Source: Lingula anatina | Lineage: Eukaryota > Animalia > Brachiopoda | Assembly: GCA_051362555.1 (NCBI GenBank) | Contig: JBPQGU010000016.1 | Location: 620,001 to 684,000 of the forward strand | Length of the DNA: 64,000 nt | Direction: 5' to 3' | Shown: one piece after another, positions 53,959 to 64,000 of the stretch | Layout: the number at the start of each line of letters is the position of its first letter | Numbering within the stretch: position 1 is the first letter of the stretch | Notes under the pieces: model-generated | What the model was told of the DNA's origin: nothing | The model's database searches: none | What the model saw: only the letters and a program-made list of their open reading frames with translations | Program-made: the position numbers and the translations under genes

Positions 53959-55791
53959 ATTTACATTATTCCAAAGTTAAAAAGGGTTCTGAAATAAAAA
54001 ATGCATACATTTACAAATTATGCAAAATACATGTGCCCGTGATAGTCATTAACAATGTTCTCGTAGTTTTTTATTATCTGCTTTACTTAACAGAAAATAT
54101 GAATATTCTCTTTTTGTTTTTCACAATAGACAATGCAGTAATCCAATAACTACAAAAACACTATGATCAATACCGCCCACCGATCTTTATTTTTATATTG
54201 ATCAGTACAAGATGACACAGATCAATTACTCTGATATGAGGGACATTAAATACATAAAGGACGTAAATGGGGTAAAATATTTGAAAAAAACAATAATAGA
54301 GATGCGAGTGTCAATGGAAATACTTATAAAAATGTATTCGATGTAGTCGGAATATTTGCGGCATTAGACATATATTCTCATTCTTTGACTCGTCGCTGCA
54401 CTTGTATTGTGTTTCCTACCATCTCTATTAAAAATACAATTCCAAACGAATCTGTATCATTTATTATGACCTGTGTTCATTCTATCAATTTCCAAAACAC
54501 CTTTCGTGCAAAATATCTTTTTGCGTCCTTTATATTACCACTTGGCTGTTTTTTTTTCTGAGGGGATATCTCAATATGTAAAGACTTCACACTTAAAATG
54601 TTCCCTAAATTCGAAAAGAAATAACAATATCTGGTACGCAGCCTTATATAAAAATCCCAAATATCTTTAAAGGGGTACAGAAAACACATGACTTTTTTTA
54701 AAGCCTTTAATGCAGTTTAAATATGATCATAAACAACCTGCTTACTCCCCAATGTATTTGGATATCATTGATCCGTAGGTATATTATCTAATCCTTGCAC
54801 AATAGAGAACTAATATGTAAACACCCTTATCGTTTTTGTCGTATCAATGAGGTCAACGAATACCTATTGGATAAAATGTTGAGCAATACATTTCACATCG
54901 TGTATGTCAAAGTTTCATTCTTTGTTTTAGATTAATCTTTGACGAACGATTTTCGTTGATTACATATGTTGATTGCTTCAGAGGTTTGATACCGTAGGAT
55001 ATATTTCCTAATCTACTTAGATAATTTAGAAATAAACATTGTCATATCGATTTCAAATTAAGATCTCCCCTCGCCTGAATAGCTATCAACGCCGATTAAA
55101 ACCATATTTTATTTAAACCGGTGCCAGGAAACTTTCGTGAGAGGCTTGCTTTTTATTTTAATTGAAACATTGTAATTAGGGGCTTAAACCTTCTAATAAA
55201 AAAGTACCATGATAACTTTCACGATAACTTTCAATTATCTACTGATTTACAGAGCTATATCAAAAACCGACCATTCTCTCATATCATACCGATTCACAAA
55301 GCAGCAAAATCGATAATAAATGCTTGGCCAGAGGGCGCGGAGTGGTACCTGTAAATAAAACTATAAAATGGGGGTTGTGGTTACTTTTATTGTGCTTATA
55401 TTAAGATAAGCATTTTACACCAACAAAGCTGGAAAAGGTATACCGCTAAAAGGAATATATTTATAACGCATGGAGCCCTAAATTGTATCGAAGGCGATTC
55501 TTTGGATTGGAAGGTACCGGTAGCCTCTAATAAAAATCCCATTATTGAGGTTGATATCAGACATTATTATTTGATACACAAAATGTGCAGAATGGCAAAC
55601 CTTTATTTACTTACACAAAACCAATGTAATGTTGCAGAATAGAGATTGGCTGGTTTTCAAACGTTAAACAATGAGATTGCATATCTAAAATCACTATGAT
55701 GAGGAACGATATCTAATCTGCCTCATGTTTTGACGACTGCATAATAAGGTTATAAATCAATATAGATGTGCAAAGCTGACCCAAATATGAC

Positions 55792-56138
55792 GAGAGCGCA
55801 GACCTCCGCCAAGGCAGCAAATTATGAGTATTATTGATTATTGATTGATTATTGATCTGGATCACCACCAAAAACTTATCATTCTAAGTTAACCCATCTC
55901 TGACCTACCCTGAAAATTTCACCAAAATCTACCCACAACTTTTTGAGTTATGTTGATGATTGATTTTTGATTATTGATTGATTATTGATCCGTTACCACC
56001 AAATACTAAATATATCCTCATTGGCCTACTTCTGTCCTACCCTGAAAATTTCATCAAAATCGGTCCGTAACCTTTTCAGTTATACTGATGACAGACAAAC
56101 AGACAGACAAACAGGGGTGAAAACATGGTGGAGGCAAC
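55792..56138 (-). mobile_element. Small HINE/MINE-type element (same family as 45865-46050), reverse orientation
   Basis: gagagcgcagacctccgccaagg...ccctgaaaatttcatcaaaatcggtcc...(gaca)n...aggggtgaaaaca, with an internal duplication. A decayed piece also lies near 30240-30350. Confidence 0.75.
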
Positions 56139-57708
56139 AATGACGACAACATATATATTCAAATCTTACTCAAACCTACGTCAATCACCCTTTTTGCTTA
56201 CTAGCGCATATGAATCAGCATATGTATTTAAAAGGTTGATAATACGCACGTTTTGTTGACAAGTAAGCGGTATCTCTCATACACCACAATTGTCCGTCCT
56301 GGTTGATTGCGTGTACACCACTTAACCCGAAACAATATGTAGCATATCACCTCACGTCAGCCTAACATAAGTGGGTGCACATCTTTGGGGGTCCAAACTC
56401 CATACCGGAAATCCTCAAAGAAGCACTTGTTTATATGCTCTATGAGATATTAAACAATTAAGTCCTCAGACATGCTATAAAACTAAAAAATAATTAAATA
56501 AACTACCAGTCAGGTGAAAGAGCACCTGTAAATTTACAGTGTATTCGGTAACAGTGGACCACAATGCAACTGGTTTTCTCTTGTGGACGTCAAATTATCC
56601 TGCTAATGATATGTGTTAGTTGAGCCGCCTTGACATACTATACCAGTACATTTAAAGCATTGATGACGAGTGCAATTGCTCAATTATGACTTGTCAGAGC
56701 AATATTTAGTAAACACAAGAAAGATAGAAAGGTAAATGGTCAACTGCGTTTTTTTTTCTATGAGAATGATTTTTTAATGACTTTGGAGCTAGAAGATACA
56801 CTTTCTGCTATTTCCGCCTCCCATACATGCGTCATTATATACTAAATTACATTCGGTTTCGCCTTGATTGTCACCTTGAAATCAGTTGTTATTAAATAAA
56901 AAACAAACATTTTCAAATGATGTCTCATTGTATTTGCAAAAGGTGATTTTTGTGGTTATTACGAATGCCCTCACGACAACCCTCGCTTAATCACAGTAAG
57001 ATCGTATTTTTAAACTGAAATGTGAACACTTATGAAACACAATATCTTTCCCTGACGTAACCAAGTAACATAAAGATGTAATATTTTTTTTACCAATGTA
57101 AGTGAATGAAATATTCATAATCAATCAAACGACTGACCAATCAGAGGAAAGGACACATGTAACCAATTAGATGATGAGCAATATGCAGATTACAACGAAA
57201 TTGCAAGTTCTGATGTAATTTTGGAGGAAATTGGTATTCAAAATTCAAATTAAATAATTGTTCAATTACTAACTTTCACTTTCAAACAAAATGTTGTTTT
57301 GCAGAACTCAGGAAAATGCAATGGACCTCTGCTGCAAGGACATTGATCTGAGCTAATATCAATATATGTATAAACAGTAAATTTTAAGTTTATTTATGTC
57401 TGGTCCATCCCAGTGTACCACAAACTTTCATAGTCCCATTCATAACAAGAAGAAGACAAGTAAGACTATCGATTGTTCGTGATTTGGCCAAACAAGGCCG
57501 CTTTTATTATATAAACTCACTATCCTAATAATTTTAACAATACTAACGATGTAGCAAATTGTTGCCCGCATTAAATGTTATGGCCTTAGGGATAAAAATT
57601 ATATATGAAATATTCAATAAGACTCATCATCCTAAAAATTATGATGTGACGAGTCAGCAAAAGTTTTTATTTTCAAACAACAAACTTTCCTATGATAAGA
57701 GGTCTCAC

Positions 57709-57757
57709 CTTGTGAGTTTGTCCAACGGTACCTGACAGAACACAAACATCGATAGAG
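57709..57757 (-). pseudogene. Orphan EGF exon fragment between copies D and C
   Basis: - strand tatcgatgtttgtgttctgtcaggtaccgttggacaaactcacaag|gtgaga encodes YRCLCSVRYRWTNSQG, a decayed [16 protein letters not shown]. Confidence 0.7.
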
Positions 57758-58162
57758 CGTCCCACCAGGATTGCAGCCCATGCACTAGTGATTAAGTATG
57801 CCAATTGTCGCGATTAAATCTTGTTCAGGGATGCAGTTCCGCACCATACCGATTAGAAATAGAATATAAATAGAACTAGAACTTGTTAAATTGATGATAA
57901 AAGTTTTGATTGACTCGCGCATATACACGGCAACGAGAAATATAAAATCTGATATATCCCAGGGGGATTTTTCTTGTTTTAAATCACATAGGTAGGTGCA
58001 TTGATGAATATTTAGACGAAGCAAAATCTTAATTTTGGTATGTGGATGATAATAAACACTTGGAGTACCCTTGAAGATGCTTCCTTCGAGATAACATTGC
58101 ACTGCAAAACACGCAATTCCAGAATGACATAAAGATACCGTGTACCTAAATTATCCAATTTA

Positions 58163-59232
58163 AAGGCCACACTTTTTATTTTTATGGATGACATCCTGCG
58201 CGCGCACCAATTTTCGTCCGTTCTCCCCAAAAAAAAAAAAAAATCCCCTCCCCCCCCCAAGGAAGTCGGTTGTCGCAAACGTCGTTATTGAATTTGCCGG
58301 AAAATGCAATCGGCAATCCTCGGCTAGTTTCGCAAGCTCCAAACTGTCATTGTCGACTGCGGAGACATCCGAGTAGTTCTGAGTGCGGAAAATGAGCTTT
58401 CTGCGCATGCGTATTATCACCACGTGGAAATATGGCCGCTTTGCCGTCAAATTCATCTCTAGCATTAATTTCAAAATACACGACAATTAAAGTCATAAAG
58501 AGAATGGGGGCCATCGTTTTGGATTGGTTTGCCATTGATATTGGACATGGAGATATCACCTTTTTACAATTATACGAAAGGCTGGCCGCGGCCAGCGATC
58601 ATCGCCCGGAAAAATTCAGTGACATTCTGTCCAAAGCAGCACATACCAGGTATTTTCTGTAGCGAAAAAAGGGTCGACAAGAGCGTCGTGGTATTTAATT
58701 GGTGGACTGAAGGTCGGACAGGCCACCCGATAGTTGGCTGCTACGTGTGAGTCGAAGTAGACAAAATGGCATCGACCGAAATACCTTTTTTAGATTTGGT
58801 AGTATGAAGCATAGGCCTATCTTTGCTTCATTTTTTTAACAATTCTGTGGAGTGTTTACAATGCTTTAATTTTCTGAGAGTACAAATAAAGACACACTGT
58901 TTATTTGATATTTATTTTATTGATTGCTATACCAACAGAATGCATGAAATAACCTTAAATAGATTTGGTAATATGCAGCATATATATTCATGACTTTTTA
59001 CCTTTCTACGAAGTAGGCCCTATTCACAATGCTTTAATATTTTGAGAGCATGGATAAAGACATATTGTTAGTTTGATAGGTGTTTCTGTAGTAAATTAGT
59101 GTTTCCAGCTGTGTACTGAAACATAACTTTTCTTAAGCAGTTTTTTTTTTGGACTGTTTTTTTTTCGCCCACTCGCACCGATTTTGGGGTCCCCAGAGGA
59201 TGTCATCCATAAAAATAAAAAAGTGTGGCCTT
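58163..59232. mobile_element. Non-autonomous TIR DNA transposon (~1.07 kb)
   Basis: Near-perfect ~35-bp TIRs: aaggccacactttttatttttatggatgacatcct (58163) and aggatgtcatccataaaaataaaaaagtgtggcctt (59197-59232). No transposase. Confidence 0.8.
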
Positions 59233-60266
59233 ATTGCTATTTCATGGTCTCACTGGTGTTACGTCAGCCTACCGATACAGGGTCGCTTGTCACCTTGGTT
59301 GATGAGTCAAAAACCATACCTCAGTCCGACATAATAAAAACAACATTAGCTTCGGTTTAGCATTTAAAACGAATTTATTGAAATCTAAAAAAAAACACTC
59401 AATATAGTAGAATGTATGTAGACGTAGGTAAATTAAATTTTACGAATTTTTCAACCATTTCCCCTGAACCATATAATTGTAGGTAGATTTTAAACAAAGT
59501 CTTTAAAGATAGTTGCTGAAAATACATTTTGATAAACAATGTGTTGATTTTCACATTCTACGTATTCTTGAATTTGTATCATAAGGTAATTTCCCAAAAA
59601 GATATACATAATAACTTGCTTTCTATTACAGGTTTTCCGATGCAAATGTCAGTTATGTCACGCACTGCTTAAATGCACATACGAGGTATAATCCTAAGCT
59701 ACGCTAAAAAGATGCATTCTACTCTTACTCTAAACTAAAACGCTATTTCAATAATAATGCAAAATTGATAACATTGACCATAAAATATTTGATGCTATTT
59801 TAAACAGTCTTAAAAACTAATAACCATGTATCAAGCTTCGATTGTATACAGGCAATATCAGACTTATTAAAATGGACTTAGAAAAACCCCGGTGAGTCGC
59901 CGTTAAAAGGAAGAATTAAACATAAAACAACGGGCTGGTCACGTGGCTGGTCAGAGGAGGTACCGATGTTACTTGGAAGTGATTTACGAACCCATCACAC
60001 TTGACCAATGCTCCACTCTGACATGACATAATTTATGTAAGGGTAAAGCACTGGTTAGTAAATCTGCGGTGATTTTTTTTTTTTTTTTTTTTTTGCATGA
60101 ACAAAATATCAACAAATAACAAAATTTAAAAAAAAATTGTGAAAATTGTGGAAAAAACAGAGTGCGGATATGTTACTTTTCTCTCCCCCCGTATAAGGTT
60201 CACTAAGCCACTGACTAGGATGGGGGAATTGACGCTTTTCTAAATAGTCCGTTTTAAGATGCATAG

Positions 60267-63200
60267 TCAAAAACAAAGAACGCCAGCGTCTTCACCGTGA
60301 CTACAGTCTTCAACAGCCCAACCGTTGTGACGACATGACCCAATATTGGATTCTGAGCCTATGCAACCGACATTGTCCAACCAAATGGTTCCTTTACCTT
60401 GCCCAAAATATGCACGTTCTACAGCAAGTGCGTTGGAATATGGAAGATTTAAGGACTTGCAGAAAACTCTGGCATCAGTGTTATCCCAGCTGTCATCACA
60501 AACTGTTCCCCAGTCTCCATTATGGTACACTTCTACCCTACCACCGTATTTGCCATTGATATTTATTCCAATAAGACGGTACGGGTGACGGGAAACAAAA
60601 GCTGGAATGTTCAAACAAAACATTTTTAAAGAGAGAGTATTTCATTTATGATCCATTTATCTTCGCTTTATCTTTTTTGTGAGCTGTATTCTGTCATATC
60701 ATGACTAAATAATATTGTCCTATCATTCGGTATTTAATAAAGCAAAATTTTATTCTATTCCATTTGCGTTAGAATAACATCTCCTTCCAGACACAATCTA
60801 GTGAGTTATATCAAATTATATTTCATGTTTTTCGTTTACCTGATTCACAATTCTTGCCTGTATATCTGGAAGGACAGCTGCAGGAATACGTGAAAGTTGC
60901 ATTCCTACAAATGGCGCCATTCTGACATGGTCGGCTGCGACAATGATCTACTTCTGTAACAAATAAGGTGATTTTTGTTATCATGCTCTTGTTACTTTTA
61001 TTGTCCTTTATCGCGTATGTAATTCGTGAAATGCATGATCTTAATCATTTCATGTTTCATCGTACAAATTATATCTATAATAAGTCTCACCTTTGCAGTT
61101 TGTCCCGTAGTACCCTTCAGAACACAAACACCGATAAGAATTCACCATATCAACACACGTCCCACCATTCTGACAAGGACGACTGGAACATTCACTGATT
61201 TCTAAAATTGCACAATGTTAAGTCAAATGAAAAAAATGACAGAATTTTATGATGGAAATGAAACAAAATGCACTCACCATCCAAATTACACAGGCTGGTG
61301 CATTCAAAATGTCGTTTTTACCAAAATGCCATGCGCCATCTGTATGGGTCTTATAATTAATGAACATGCGAATATCCTACCTAGCTGGCAATATGTGCCA
61401 GTAAAACCACGTGGACAACTGCAGTGAAAACCACCATAACTATTTCGACAGGTGGCGCCCCTGGCACATGGATTGTTCAAGCATTCATTTATATCTGTAA
61501 ATAAACATAATAATTTGCACCTAAGAATTTATTTTGTAGTTCATTTCAATAAAATTGTTTCAGGTAAAGAGTACAAATAACAAATATAGAAACCCAGTGG
61601 ATGTCAAAGTTTTCTCCAAATAAGTTCAATCTGTGAACTTTGATGTCATAATTAAGCAACACGATTTGGATATGCACTTACCGGTTTCACACCTTGTGCC
61701 TTGGAGACCCGAAGTACAAGAACACCGAAACGAACCCACCAGGTTCACACACGAGGCGCCGTTTTTGCATGGTTGGCTTAAGCAATGGTTGGCCACTTTA
61801 GACATATATAAACATCATTTGAGTTCGTTACAGAAATGTTATGTCCTACCTGTATATTTCTAGATCATAAATATTCATATTCTGAGTATGCCATGTTTGG
61901 AATGTATGAAATTTAACTGCCGTTTACGATGTGGAAGTAAACCAATAGGTTCGTTGATTTTTAAACATCAGAATAAAAAAATAATATATTAAGAATACAT
62001 TCAACGGTTAAATGACTTTCACTGCATATTTCTTAACTCCTCATCACACAGATATAAAAAGAGGTCAGTCGTTTAGTAAATAAATCAAATGATAATTGAT
62101 TGTTTCTAGTGAAAAGGTAACATTGTGTGATTTTTAATTTTAGAATATCCATTAACCTATAGTAATTCTAGTGCTTGTGATGAAGCTATTGGTGTAACTC
62201 TTACTTGTTTCACAATTACTTCCTGTGTATCCATGGGGACAGCTGCAAGAATAGTTGATAGCATGACTCCTGCACGTGGCGCCATTTTGGCAAGGGCGGC
62301 TGCGACATGGATCTTTCTCTGTAATATAAAACATAGCGTAGTACCGGAGCGTAGTACCGGAGAAAGCTTAACGCATTCGTTTTTGCGTGTTTGAGACTAT
62401 AATTTCTACAAAATATCAGTTTGAGGTAAATAATAGGCAAACAGAAAGGGTTTTATTAAACCGTGCTCTATATTTATAATTATTAAAGAATTAATAAATA
62501 ACCAATAAGTCCTCTGATATTTACAAGGCTATAAACTTTTCTTTTCTCATTTCGTCTTTTCTCCTTTTCAAAAAGCGTATTTTCTCTGGGCAATGACTGT
62601 TCTTAATAGCGTACTAATAATGACACAGAGAGAGAGAGATGTCCAAGTTGATATTTGATATAAAGGAACAAAGAGAACATTAAACCCCTACCTTGGCAGT
62701 TAGTCCCGTAATACCCGGCAGAACACAAGCATCGATAAGAATTTACCATGTCAACACACGTCCCACCATTCTGACAAGGCCGACTGGAACATTCACTTAT
62801 TTCTGTAAAGTTAATATGAGAGATTTATGTAAGCTGGTGAAAGGGGCAATGTAATTTAATCTTTAAAACAAATGGAACGCTTCACGAAAATGTGCGTCAT
62901 CCTTGCGCCAAAGCCACTTATAAATAACATGGAAAACGTTGTGCTGACTTTGCTACTTTTGCAATTTAATGTGAGAGATTACAAAATTTAAAAAAAATCA
63001 TTTTATATGTTTCCCTTTCTGTGATAAGGATGGTCCGTAAAACACGACCTATTTTACTGCCATCTCAATTTTGATATACATGTAATTGAGATTTTTCCAA
63101 CTTTCTTTCACCAAAACTGTTCCATAAGGATAGCCATTCTTGCAAATTCTCTAGAAATTGCAAACCTTAAAGGAAGTCAAATTTCAATTACTGGTAACGT

Positions 63201-63736
63201 ACTTTTTCCACGCTCTTAGCTGCTGAATGACAGCGGCCATACGAATCTTGAAATTGGCATTGACCTTTGCAATCATGTGAGCCGGGTTGTTCCTTACTTT
63301 TCTCGATCCGCATGTTGGTCTTCAAGGTGTCTAGAGTTTGTGGATTTTAGCATAGATTCTTTCTTTAAGTTACCTAAAAAGGAAGAAATCTGGGGGATTG
63401 AGATCTGGAGAGAAGGGTAGCCAAGCGAAGTGGGATGATGATGACTACCTCAAAGGATTCCAATTCCTGCAGAATTTGCAAGGATAGAATGGTCATCCTT
63501 ATGGGACAATTTGGGGAAAGAAAGTTGGAAATATCTTTGTCGTATCATACTTGAGATGGAAAGTAAAATAGGTCGTTTTTTATGGAGCACCATGTATCTT
63601 AGTATCAGTTGAAGTATAATACCAATTTGACATAATTTGCCAGTAAAACCAGGAGGACAATCGCATTCAAAACTGCCATGATTATTTCTACAGGTGGCGC
63701 CCCTGGCACATGGGTTGTTCATGCATTCATTTTTGT
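60267..63736 (-). CDS. EGF-SRCR receptor copy D (at least 7 EGF, then SRCR); 5' end lies right of the window
   Basis: EGF exons 63736-63623, 62802-62692, 62318-62205, 61795-61682, 61494-61381, 61201-61091, 60953-60840; SRCR 60601-60267. All phase 1 and open. Confidence 0.85.
62865..62915 (-). pseudogene. U6 snRNA 3'-half fragment (pseudogene)
   Basis: - strand ggc..ggcgcaaggatgacgcacattttcgtgaagcgttccatttgtttt matches the U6 3' part GCGCAAGGATGACACGCAAATTCGTGAAGCGTTCCATATTTTT with several mismatches. The 5' half, including the ACAGAGA box, is absent. Confidence 0.8.
63027..63594 (-). mobile_element. Internally deleted Tc1/mariner element
   Basis: TA-flanked; ~125-bp imperfect TIRs (63027-63150 vs 63471-63594). 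The - strand interior reads [21 protein letters not shown], the Tc1/mariner WPxxSPDLNP motif. Confidence 0.8.
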
Positions 63737-64000
63737 CTACAAAAAATATAGTTGTACTTTTAACTTATAATTTTATGTCTTTATACTTTTCAATCCGTTA
63801 TTATGGCAAATATGTAACAATTACTATACTTTGAATGATCATATTGAGTTACAAAGGTAGAAGAAAAGTTTATACAAATATTATGATTGTGCACAAGAGT
63901 TTGATGGTTATAAAATATCGTAATATCACCTTAAAGTGCAATGAAAAATTGATGCAGTTCACATAGATTTGTGATGCAAAAAGTAATGATAGACCTTCCT

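Noticed and set aside
57785-58750. Cluster of overlapping short ORFs as a transposase or gene
   Set aside because: No recognisable motifs; they mostly reflect the GC-richer interior of the TIR element.
32212-63736. One large Notch-, fibropellin- or DMBT1-like gene
   Set aside because: Each SRCR exon ends in a stop, and copies A-C have their own start and TM exons. No LNR, ankyrin, CUB, ZP or avidin domains were seen.

Overview
AT-rich, intron-rich animal genomic DNA. The microsatellites, GT-AG introns and repeat types suggest a marine invertebrate; the species cannot be determined. No prokaryotic system or CRISPR array is present. Exons were reconstructed by hand from splice sites and reading frame. 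(1) 269-13106 (-): a secreted astacin metalloprotease with signal-pro-astacin-EGF-CUB followed by at least 10 fibrillin-like EGF exons, running off the left edge. (2) 15793-18797 and 23775-29895 (+): two tandem 6-exon METTL24/FkbM-like type II membrane methyltransferases; the second has about 39 SQG[ST][NT] repeats inserted in its stem. (3) 32212 to beyond 64000 (-): a tandem array of four related type II membrane receptor genes, each with a cytoplasmic tail carrying YxN and YxxL motifs (seen in A, B and C; D's 5' end lies outside the window), a TM helix, a variable stalk of Notch-like EGF exons and one C-terminal group-A SRCR domain. Copy A has 2 EGFs, copy B is a pseudogene, copy C is a 7-EGF chimera and copy D has at least 7 EGFs. 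This rapidly reshuffling, scavenger-receptor-A-like family with signalling tails is the best candidate for an undescribed system. Interspersed are Helentron-type (HINE/DINE) elements with ~161-bp internal arrays, L2-like LINE remnants, MITEs, a deleted Tc1/mariner and a U6 snRNA fragment.
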